A stretch of DNA of 64,000 nucleotides from Treponemataceae bacterium. Its GTDB lineage: Bacteria; Spirochaetota; Spirochaetia; Treponematales; Rectinemataceae. The stretch spans positions 1,952,001-2,016,000 of the forward strand of contig CAXXHO010000003.1 in NCBI GenBank assembly GCA_963667725.2, read 5' to 3'. Shown piece by piece: positions 1 through 7,614 of the stretch. Each line of letters opens with the position of its first letter. The first letter of the stretch is position 1. A model generated the notes under the pieces. That model was not told the DNA's origin, ran no database searches, and saw only the letters and a program-made list of their open reading frames with translations. Position numbers and translations under genes: made by a program.

Positions 1-332
1 AAAGCCGTCAGGGCATTGTAGGTTTCCTCGAGAGTCGCGTACGGCCCCGTATGCTTGGCCGTCGCGAAAGAACCTCCATGCAAAACGCTCGCCGCGACCC
101 TGCCCTCGCCGGCCGCGGCCTTGGCCAAGGGGAAGCCGACCTCCACGTCCAGGTCATTCATGTCCATGTTGTAGTAAATGACGAAAGGCGCTCCCGCGAA
201 GGGAATGCCGCTTTTCCCCATGTACGCGGCGATCTCCCCGTACATCGCGCCCATCGTGTCCGGCAGCGCCGACACCGGCGTCCGGTAGCGGATGGAAAGC
301 GTGGGTGTTTCCTTCCTTTCAATGATCTGCAT
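1..332 (-). CDS. GyrI-like small-molecule-binding domain protein (runs off the window start)
   Basis: Not in the ORF track. Hand translation from ATG at 332 (GGAGG upstream): MQIIERKETPTLSIRYRTPVSALPDTMGAMYGEIAAY...APFVIYYNMDMNDLDVEVGFP...HTGPYATLEETY. The DVEVGFP and HxGPY motifs are typical of GyrI-like proteins. Confidence 0.85.
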   Translation of the reverse strand, partial: MQIIERKETPTLSIRYRTPVSALPDTMGAMYGEIAAYMGKSGIPFAGAPFVIYYNMDMNDLDVEVGFPLAKAAAGEGRVAASVLHGGSFATAKHTGPYATLEETYNALTA

Positions 333-380
333 GCCAACCTCCATAATCTAATGATGGTTCGATGATGGCATGGGGTATAT

Positions 381-394
381 GACATCTGTATGTC
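381..394. promoter_or_regulatory. GACA-N6-TGTC palindrome, candidate WYL-regulator operator for the GyrI gene
   Basis: GACAtctgtaTGTC lies in the short intergenic region between the WYL gene end and the GyrI start. Confidence 0.45.
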
Positions 395-408
395 GGGGAT
401 AAAATCGA

Positions 409-1344
409 TTATTCGTACATTCGCGAAATTTCTCCGGCCATGGTCTTGATTATGTCTCGCAGGTGGGGAGGTTCGAGCACTTCAACATAGGCGCCGTAGC
501 TGAGGATGTAGCCGTACATCCACCCGTCCTCAGGCATACGCGTCCTGACGATGAGCCCGCCGTCCTCGGTTCGTTCCATATCTTCCTTATTGTAGAACTC
601 TTCCACCAAGGGAACCATCTTTTCCGAGAATTTCAAGGTCAATTCCAAGACATTCCCCGTCTTCTCCGGAGCGTTGTCGCGGGAAAAATCCTCAAAGCTG
701 TGACTCCGCCGCCGGAACCGCTCGCCCAGAATTTCCGGCTCCCGAATCCGCGATATCCGGAACAGTCGATACCCTTCCCGCAGGCGGCAGTAGGCGTAGA
801 GATACCAGGCGCGCCACTGGAACACGATCGTCATCGGTTCCACGATCCGCGATTCGCGTTCCAGCCGGTTGTTGGTATAGTCCATCTTGAGAAGCCGTCC
901 CGAGTTCACCGCGGCCTGGACGGTCTTGAATGCCTGCCGCTGGTCAGGTCCTCCGCCGAGCATGCTGAAATCGATGTGGAGCTTTTCTTCCCGATCCTTG
1001 AAATCCCCATCCTCGGCCGTCGGCACGAGGCCGCGCATCTTCTCCAGGGTATCGTCGATCCGCCTGTCGTCCAGCGAGTCGCCGATGCCGCGCAGGGCGG
1101 TGATGATGAAGAAGAGGTCGTCCACGGTCACCAAGCGCCGGTCCATCTTATAACCTTCCATGATGCCGTAGCCACCCGACGGCCCCTGGACGCTGATCAC
1201 CGGTATGCCCGCGAGGTTTATGGCTTCCATGTCCCGCTGGATGGTCCTGACCGAAACGCCGAAGCGCTCGGCCAGTTTGCCGGCGCTCGCCAGATCACGG
1301 TTGAGAAGGTAGACGACGATGGACAGGAGCCGGTCAATTTTCAT
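409..1344 (-). CDS. YafY-family HTH-WYL-WCX transcriptional regulator
   Basis: MKIDRLLSIV...LAERFGVSVRTIQRDM (HTH_11); VEPMTIVF..AWYLYAYCRLREGYRLFRISRI (WYL); VEVLEPPHLR (WCX). Start trimmed to ATG 1344. Confidence 0.93.
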   Translation of the reverse strand: MKIDRLLSIVVYLLNRDLASAGKLAERFGVSVRTIQRDMEAINLAGIPVISVQGPSGGYGIMEGYKMDRRLVTVDDLFFIITALRGIGDSLDDRRIDDTLEKMRGLVPTAEDGDFKDREEKLHIDFSMLGGGPDQRQAFKTVQAAVNSGRLLKMDYTNNRLERESRIVEPMTIVFQWRAWYLYAYCRLREGYRLFRISRIREPEILGERFRRRSHSFEDFSRDNAPEKTGNVLELTLKFSEKMVPLVEEFYNKEDMERTEDGGLIVRTRMPEDGWMYGYILSYGAYVEVLEPPHLRDIIKTMAGEISRMYE

Positions 1345-1466
1345 GATGATTGGCTTGAAGCATGGTTCGCGCGGCTTCCCCTTGTCAAGGTAAACCGCCG
1401 ACAGGTGTGGGCATTCTTTGCAATTTGTCAATGCCACTGACATTTTGCAAAGAATCTTAAATATTT

Positions 1467-1564
1467 GTTACAATTCTTCTATATCTAGTTGTTTTTTGTA
1501 ACATTGTGACTTGACACTTTTCCAAACAGTTACATATACTCAATACATAGTTGATTTCAGTAAC
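1467..1564 (+). promoter_or_regulatory. Sigma70-like promoter overlapped by two GTTAC-N26-GTAAC operator-like sites
   Basis: TTGACA 1511-1516, 18 nt spacer, TATACT 1535-1540. GTTAC at 1467 and 1529, GTAAC at 1498 and 1560. Confidence 0.7.
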
Positions 1565-1578
1565 AAGAGGAGTGCGTC

Positions 1579-1821
1579 ATGCCCAAGTTTACCTTCAATC
1601 TCGGCAGTTTTATCGTGAATGTGGCGATCGGATGGTTTCTCATGTCCTTCATGCAGGCGGCGGTGAGCGCTTTACGCGCGGGGGCGCGAAACGATATCAT
1701 TCCACGCTTCAAGACTATCGCCTTTTTCCACGATAGGCCTGCCGCGATACTCAATATCGCCATCATGGCGGGGATCTGGATCGTTACGACGACGCTGTAT
1801 TTCACCCTGAAGCGAAGGTAG
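1579..1821 (+). CDS. Small membrane protein, 80 aa, two predicted TM helices
   Basis: AAGAGGAG before the ATG; two hydrophobic stretches; basic C-terminus; 9 nt upstream of the next gene. Confidence 0.7.
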   Translation: MPKFTFNLGSFIVNVAIGWFLMSFMQAAVSALRAGARNDIIPRFKTIAFFHDRPAAILNIAIMAGIWIVTTTLYFTLKRR

Positions 1822-1830
1822 GGCCACCCG

Positions 1831-2655
1831 ATGGCGAATACGCCCGCATTCATGACAGCCTTTCCCCTCACCGCGAGGGCGGCGGTACACACCCCGCTCG
1901 TCTTCCGCGCGGGGCTCTACGCAGCGGACGGCCTGCCCTTGCCCTCGCTCGAGGGCATACGAGACTTCGCCCATTTCGCGGGGATAGAGGATGGGGCCAT
2001 CCGCACAGCCCTTTCGCGGGGCAAGCGCGACGGATCGCTTGTCGTGGAAGCCGATCCCGCCGGCCGCAATCGGTATTCTCTCGCGCCCGCGACCTTCGCC
2101 ATGGGAACAGCCCAGATCCGCGCGGATCAGAGGCCTGAAGGGTTTCTGCTCGCGGTTTTCTCGTTTACGACGCCGGAACAGGAGGAGCGCGCCTCGCTGC
2201 GCGCGCTGCTTAAATCCTTCGGCTTCCATAAGCTGGCGCAGAACACCTATATCCATGGCAGGATCGAAACCGAAGGGCTCAAGACCGCCATTCGCGAGCT
2301 CGGGCTCGAGAATAATTTTTTCCTTTTCACCTGTCCTGATATCGATGACGAAAACCTAGTCGCCCGCGTGCTTTCGCTCTTCGATCTGGAGTCGCGACGG
2401 AAGAAGCTGAGCGAATATCTTTGCCTCCTGGAGGATTTCCTTCACCAGGATCTATCGGGCGACGAATTCGCCCGAAGGCTTCTCTACGTCGGCGCGGTGC
2501 ATTGGGAGCATGTCGAGGCGAGCGAGCCGCCCATTCCCGTAAAGTATCTTCCGGCCGACTATGCCTTCAAGGAGATCCAGGCCTTCTACGGCCTTAAGCT
2601 CGAGGAAGGGCGCGCCGCGATGCTTGGATACTTCCGGAGAGTATTCGGCGGGTAA
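1831..2655 (+). CDS. PaaX-like transcriptional regulator
   Basis: N-terminal wHTH with AIRTALSR; central LLAVFSF..EQEERASLRALLKSFGF resembles the PaaX central domain; 274 aa. Confidence 0.7.
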   Translation: MANTPAFMTAFPLTARAAVHTPLVFRAGLYAADGLPLPSLEGIRDFAHFAGIEDGAIRTALSRGKRDGSLVVEADPAGRNRYSLAPATFAMGTAQIRADQRPEGFLLAVFSFTTPEQEERASLRALLKSFGFHKLAQNTYIHGRIETEGLKTAIRELGLENNFFLFTCPDIDDENLVARVLSLFDLESRRKKLSEYLCLLEDFLHQDLSGDEFARRLLYVGAVHWEHVEASEPPIPVKYLPADYAFKEIQAFYGLKLEEGRAAMLGYFRRVFGG

Positions 2656-2733
2656 AACCCCCCGACGATAGTCGATACGGGAAATGCTTTCCCATATTGC
2701 CCACGAGGCCCCGCGCGTATACAATATCGCATC

Positions 2734-4536
2734 ATGGAATACCAGAAACGCACGGTCACCTGCGGCGATCTTGGCGCCGTCGACATCGGCAAAACTGTTG
2801 TGCTGAACGGATGGGTCCATCGCAAACGCGATCACGGTGGGATTTCCTTCATAAACCTTCGCGACCGATACGGGATAACCCAGGTCGTCGTCGACGATGA
2901 CGCCCCGGCCGACCTCCTCGCGGTGGCGGCCGAACTCAAGAGCGAATACTGCGTCGCCATCCGCGGCACGGTGCGTGGCAGACCCGAGCCCATGGTGAAT
3001 CCGGACATGACCACCGGCGCGATCGAAGTCAAGGCCGACGCCATCACCATACTTTCCAAATGCGCCACCCTTCCCTTCCAGATCGACGAGAAGAGCGACG
3101 CCAAGGAAGACACGCGCCTCACCTACCGCTACCTCGACCTGCGCTCCTTTTCCATGCAGAAAAAACTGAAGCTGAGGCACGAGACCGCCTTCGCCGTCCG
3201 CGAATATCTGGTCGGCCAGGGTTTCTACGAGATCGAGACGCCTACCTTCATCCGCTCGACCCCCGAGGGCGCGCGCGATTACCTCGTCCCCTCGCGTCTC
3301 TATCCCGGCAAATTCTACGCCCTGCCCCAGTCGCCCCAGCTCTACAAGCAGATCCTCATGGTGTCGGGCTTCGATAAATACTTCCAGCTCGCCCGCTGCT
3401 ACCGCGACGAGGACGCCCGCGGCGACCGCCAGCCCGAGTTCACCCAGATCGACATCGAGATGTCCTTCGTCAAGCGCGACGATATTCTCGCCATGTGCGA
3501 AGGCCTCATGGGCTATGTCTTCAAAAAGACGCTCAACGTCGAGCTGCCCGCGCAGTTCGTGCGCATCGCCTACGACGATTCCATCGACCGCTTCGGCTCG
3601 GACAAGCCTGACCTCCGCTTCGGCATGGAGATGCAGGATTTCGCCCCCTACGTCGAAGCCTGTACATTCCAGGCCTTCAAGGAAGCCCTCGCGGCCGGCG
3701 GCAAGGTTAAAGCCCTCGTCGTGCCCGGCAAGGCCGACTACTCGCGCAAGCAGATAGAGGAACTGGAAGCCCAGGCCAAGATCTACAAGGCAAAGGGCAT
3801 GGCGTGGATGAAAGTCGCGCCAGCGTCGCAGGGCACTGGAGTCGTCCTCGAAGGTGGAGCCTCGAAATTCTTCGCCGCCAACGCCTCCGCCGTGGTGGAA
3901 GGCCTGGGCGCCAAGCCCGGCGATCTCATCCTCCTCGTGGCCGACGCCAAAGCCAAGGTGGCTTGCGTATCCCTGGGCGCCGTGCGCTCCAAACTGGGCC
4001 GCGACCTCGGACTCCTCGATCCTTCTGTCTTCAAGTTCGCCTGGATCGTCGACTTCCCTATGTTCGAATGGAACGAGGAAGAGAACAAGTGGGACACCGC
4101 CCACCATATGTTCACGATGCCTCAGGAACGGTACCACGCCACCCTCGAATCCGATCCAGGCGCCGTCAAGGGCGATCTCTACGACCTCGTCCTCAACGGT
4201 TTCGAAATCGCCTCTGGCTCCATCCGAATCCACGATCCAGACCTGCAGAACCGCATTTTCAAGATCGTCGGATTTTCCGCTGAGGAAGCGCAGAAAAAGT
4301 TCGGATTCCTCGTCGATGCCTTCAAGTACGGCCCCCCTCCCCACGGCGGCATAGCCCCCGGCTTCGACAGGCTCGTCATGCTGATGGCCGGCGAAACATC
4401 CATAAAGGAAGTGATCGCCTTCCCGAAGAACACCTTCGCCGTCAGTCCGATGGACCAGTGCCCGAACGAAGTGGACGAAAAACAGCTCAAGGAGATCCAC
4501 ATCCGCATCGTCCCCAAAGAAGAAAAGCAGGTTTGA
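2734..4536 (+). CDS. aspS: Aspartate--tRNA ligase
   Basis: GWVHRKRDHGG OB-fold, STPEGARDYLVPSR, YRDEDARGDRQPEFTQID, GPPPHGGIAPGFDRL. Confidence 0.98.
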   Translation: MEYQKRTVTCGDLGAVDIGKTVVLNGWVHRKRDHGGISFINLRDRYGITQVVVDDDAPADLLAVAAELKSEYCVAIRGTVRGRPEPMVNPDMTTGAIEVKADAITILSKCATLPFQIDEKSDAKEDTRLTYRYLDLRSFSMQKKLKLRHETAFAVREYLVGQGFYEIETPTFIRSTPEGARDYLVPSRLYPGKFYALPQSPQLYKQILMVSGFDKYFQLARCYRDEDARGDRQPEFTQIDIEMSFVKRDDILAMCEGLMGYVFKKTLNVELPAQFVRIAYDDSIDRFGSDKPDLRFGMEMQDFAPYVEACTFQAFKEALAAGGKVKALVVPGKADYSRKQIEELEAQAKIYKAKGMAWMKVAPASQGTGVVLEGGASKFFAANASAVVEGLGAKPGDLILLVADAKAKVACVSLGAVRSKLGRDLGLLDPSVFKFAWIVDFPMFEWNEEENKWDTAHHMFTMPQERYHATLESDPGAVKGDLYDLVLNGFEIASGSIRIHDPDLQNRIFKIVGFSAEEAQKKFGFLVDAFKYGPPPHGGIAPGFDRLVMLMAGETSIKEVIAFPKNTFAVSPMDQCPNEVDEKQLKEIHIRIVPKEEKQV

Positions 4537-4553
4537 CCCCGAGCCTGTAAACT

Positions 4554-4600
4554 AAAAATACCGCAGAAAATAGATACACTATTTTCTGCGGTATTTTTTT
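4554..4600 (+). terminator. Intrinsic terminator after aspS
   Basis: AAAAATACCGCAGAAAATAG-ATACA-CTATTTTCTGCGGTATTTTTTT, a perfect long stem with a T tract. Confidence 0.85.
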
Positions 4601-4662
4601 GACCTTTTGTCAAAAAAAAGAGTGAATCGGTTTTTATATATACTATTTACACTATAAACATC

Positions 4663-4690
4663 TTGCAAATTTAATGGATAATGCTATAAT
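4663..4690 (+). promoter_or_regulatory. Sigma70-like promoter of the cytochrome c gene
   Basis: TTGCAA-N16-TATAAT with an extended -10 (TGcTATAAT) in an AT-rich region. Confidence 0.6.
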
Positions 4691-4755
4691 TTCCCCATCC
4701 GTCGAACGCATCAGCGCTCAGATCATCAATTTAGCTTTTTAACCTGGAGGGTGAA

Positions 4756-5574
4756 ATGTCCGATTCCGAAAAGACACTCGACAAAGAAGTTTCCCGCCGA
4801 AGCTTTCTGAAAACCGTTGGATCCGGCATCGGGCTTGCGGCCGGAGCCCTCGTGCTCGGCACCGGCAAACTCGGCGCCCAGACCCCCGCACCGGCCGGAG
4901 CCGTGGCGGAAAGTCCATTCCCCTATGCCGAACTTGATTCCGCGGAAGCCTTTCTCAGGGGCCACGCCGGATACTATAAAGCAGGCTGCGCCTATGGCGG
5001 TTTTTACGCCGTTCTCTCTCTGCTGAGGGATAAAGTGGGCGGTCCCTACAACCAGGTTCCCCTTCGCATGCTTCGTTACGGCGGCGCGGGCATCGCCGGC
5101 TGGGGCACGATCTGCGGAGCGCTCAATGGCGCCTGCGCCGCGATCGCCCTCACCGTTCCCGACGCTGATATCGCCAAGGTCTGCGGAGAACTTCTCGGCT
5201 GGTACACGAAGTACCCCTTCCCCAGCGCCAAATCAAACGCCCTGGCCGCTTCCGGCGGCTTCAAGTATTCCCCGGCCACCCATCCCAAGATGAGCCTCGT
5301 GACCTCGGTTTCCAATTCCCCCCTCTGCCACGCTTCCAATGCCAAGTGGATCGACGAATCGGGCTTTGGACTGTCCACGCCCGAGCGCAAGGAACGCTGC
5401 GCCCGCCTCACCGCCGACGTGGCGGAAAAAGCCGTCGAACTGCTCAACGCCTACAAGGCGGGCAAGTTCGCGCCCACCTTCAAGATCGACGAGGAAACGG
5501 CCAACTGCCTGTCCTGCCATGCCGACGACCAGGAAGGCAAAATGGCTTGCACGACTTGCCACGACCCTCACTGA
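4756..5574 (+). CDS. Split-Soret cytochrome c-like protein (C-GCAxxG-C-C domain plus two CxxCH motifs) with a Tat signal
   Basis: SRRSFLK twin-arginine signal; GCAYG, ICGALNG, LCHAS, ERKERCARLT; C-terminal CLSCH and CTTCH. Confidence 0.85.
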   Translation: MSDSEKTLDKEVSRRSFLKTVGSGIGLAAGALVLGTGKLGAQTPAPAGAVAESPFPYAELDSAEAFLRGHAGYYKAGCAYGGFYAVLSLLRDKVGGPYNQVPLRMLRYGGAGIAGWGTICGALNGACAAIALTVPDADIAKVCGELLGWYTKYPFPSAKSNALAASGGFKYSPATHPKMSLVTSVSNSPLCHASNAKWIDESGFGLSTPERKERCARLTADVAEKAVELLNAYKAGKFAPTFKIDEETANCLSCHADDQEGKMACTTCHDPH

Positions 5575-5625
5575 TCGATAGTATTTGCCGCTAGAGAAGC
5601 CGCCCTTGGGCTGCCTAAAAAAATG

Positions 5626-5652
5626 AGGGCGGGGGTTCACCCCCGCCCTTTT
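5626..5652 (+). terminator. Terminator-like hairpin between the cytochrome and maturation genes
   Basis: AGGGCGGGGG-TTCA-CCCCCGCCCT-TTT. Confidence 0.7.
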
Positions 5653-5669
5653 CATATCTTGGGAGCATC

Positions 5670-6635
5670 ATGAAAAGATTTTCGGATACGGTCTACGACG
5701 CGCTGCGATCGGTGAAGCTCGCGACAGTCCTTATCGTCCTCATCGCCGTTTTCGCTGTGGCAGGCGGCATAATTCCGCAAGGCAGGGATGAATCCTTCTA
5801 TCTCCACAAGTTTCCCGGCGCTCCCGCCCGAATCATCCTGGCCCTCGACCTCGACGGAATATTTTCCGGCATGCCCTTCCTCCTCCTCGCGACGCTTTTC
5901 ACCACGAACCTCACGGTCTGCAGCTTTCACCGCTTCACCAAAGAGCTGAAAAAGCCGCGCGGAAACAGACGCCACGGACCCGACATCCTCCATATCGGCC
6001 TTCTCGTTTTCATTTTCGGCGGCCTTCTTACCGCGAGGACGAGATCAGAAACCCTCATCTACCTCGGCAAGGGACAGGAAGCCCGGCTTCCTGAAGGCTC
6101 CAGCATCGTGCTGATGGATCTTCGGGAAGAGCGTTATCCTGACGGGAGACCGAAATCCTGGGAGTCCGCCATTTCCATCGACGAGAAAGAAAGCACCATA
6201 AAAGTGAACAGCCCCCTGCGCTACAAAGGGTACACCATCTATCAGCAGGACTGGAAATCCGCGCAGCGCGCCGTCTTCGAGGACGCGGCGGGCATGAGGC
6301 TCAGCCTCGACCAGGGAGCCAAGGCTAAGATGGCCGAAGGTTCCGTTTTCTTCATGACCATTGAAAAGGGCGTGCCCACGGAGATCGGGACGGATGAATA
6401 CGCCAACGCAGAGGCGGTTTTCCTTCTGGAAAACGACTCAGGCCGTAAGATACTCAGGGCCAGGAAAGGCGACGCCATCGGACTCTTCACCTTCGCGGGA
6501 TTCGAAGAGGAGGCTATATCGGGACTCAAGATCGTCCGCGACAAAGGCTTCCCCCTCGTCGCCGCCGGCCTCGCCCTGGTCCTCCTGGGTACTTTTCTTA
6601 CCTATATCCGTAAACTGAAAGGAATGCTCGCATGA
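5670..6635 (+). CDS. Cytochrome c biogenesis protein, ResB/CcsB-like (System II)
   Basis: LRSVKLA..GGIIPQ N-terminus, conserved His in DILHIGLL, IKVNSPLRYKGYTIYQ, SGLKIVRDKGFPLV. Confidence 0.85.
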   Translation: MKRFSDTVYDALRSVKLATVLIVLIAVFAVAGGIIPQGRDESFYLHKFPGAPARIILALDLDGIFSGMPFLLLATLFTTNLTVCSFHRFTKELKKPRGNRRHGPDILHIGLLVFIFGGLLTARTRSETLIYLGKGQEARLPEGSSIVLMDLREERYPDGRPKSWESAISIDEKESTIKVNSPLRYKGYTIYQQDWKSAQRAVFEDAAGMRLSLDQGAKAKMAEGSVFFMTIEKGVPTEIGTDEYANAEAVFLLENDSGRKILRARKGDAIGLFTFAGFEEEAISGLKIVRDKGFPLVAAGLALVLLGTFLTYIRKLKGMLA

Positions 6636-7417
6636 TATCAACCATCTCCTTTGCCCTGCTTCTCGTCAGCCTGACTGTCCAGGCAGTCTATCTTTTCCGA
6701 AAGGATGGAGCCAAGGATCCCGTTTCGAACTGGCTCGCGCTGGGGGCAGGCATTCTTCTCCTCGCGGAAATAATAAGGCGGAGCGTCGCCATACGCTTCA
6801 TCGCGCTGACGGGCATGTTCGAGTCGCTGGTTTTCTTAGCCTGCCTCGTTTCCATCCTTGTCTTCGCGCTGCGGTACCTCAGAAGCCTGCGTGCCGAGCG
6901 GGCCATCGCTTTCGGGGCCACGGCCCTGGCTGTCGTCTTCCTCGCCCTTGCCAGCTCCCCGCTCGCCCCCGCCGACATAAAGCCGCCCGTCCCGGCGCTC
7001 CAATCGGGATGGCTCATCCTTCACGTGTCATTTACCTTCATCGGGGAAGTGTTCTTCGCCGCGGGATTCGTGAGCGCCGTGCTCCAGCTCGCCACCAGGA
7101 ACGAGGAAAAGCGCAAAAATTACGACAGGCTGGCCTATACGAGCATCGCCATAGGCTACCCCATCTTCACGGCGGGAGCCCTGGTATTCGGAGCCGTCTG
7201 GGCGCAGAAAGCATGGGGAATATGGTGGAGCTGGGATCCCAAGGAAACTTGGGCACTGATAACCTGGCTGACCTACACGGCATACCTGCATTTCAGGCTC
7301 GTGCGCAAGAACACCAGCAAGGTGATGCCCCTCCTGGTTATCGCGGGATTCCTCATCGCGATGTTCACCTTCTTCGGGGTCAACTTCCTGCTCTCCGGCC
7401 TGCACAGCTACGCCTGA
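6632..7417 (+). CDS. ccsA: Cytochrome c biogenesis protein CcsA/ResC
   Basis: WWD domain GAVWAQKAWGIWWSWDPKETW; PALQSGWLILHV; C-terminal GLHSY; ATGA overlap with the upstream gene. Confidence 0.95.
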   Translation: MISTISFALLLVSLTVQAVYLFRKDGAKDPVSNWLALGAGILLLAEIIRRSVAIRFIALTGMFESLVFLACLVSILVFALRYLRSLRAERAIAFGATALAVVFLALASSPLAPADIKPPVPALQSGWLILHVSFTFIGEVFFAAGFVSAVLQLATRNEEKRKNYDRLAYTSIAIGYPIFTAGALVFGAVWAQKAWGIWWSWDPKETWALITWLTYTAYLHFRLVRKNTSKVMPLLVIAGFLIAMFTFFGVNFLLSGLHSYA

Positions 7418-7448
7418 TACGAGGCGCGTATTCGTCTACTATGGGATT

Positions 7449-7583
7449 GGACAGGATAACAGGACTTAAGAGGATCAACAGGAAAGAATTTTAAGTAAAG
7501 AAAGATTCCCTTTTCCCTTGTTCTCTTTCTTTGTAAAAATTCTTCCGCATGTAAATCATCCTAGGTCATGTAGATCGTGTCTG
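7449..7583. repeat. AT-rich, imperfectly palindromic element with degenerate 9-nt ACAGGAT-type arms
   Basis: Left arm GACAGGATA-ACAGGACTT-AAGAGGATC-AACAGGAAA; right arm reverse complement GACACGATC-TACATGACC-TAGGATGAT-TTACATGC; inner inverted repeat AAGAATTTT..AAAGAAAGA / TCTTTCTTT..AAAATTCTT. Confidence 0.6.
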
Positions 7584-7614
7584 GATTCTTTTTCGCACTC
7601 GTTGAGCGGGAGCC

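Noticed and set aside
2734..3010. AspRS as a non-discriminating enzyme
   Set aside because: The His in RDHGG fits, but the second diagnostic position appears to be Pro rather than Gly; undecidable without asnS/gatCAB content.
2452..4500. 682-aa minus-strand ORF
   Set aside because: Antisense shadow of aspS caused by high-GC codon bias; no motifs.
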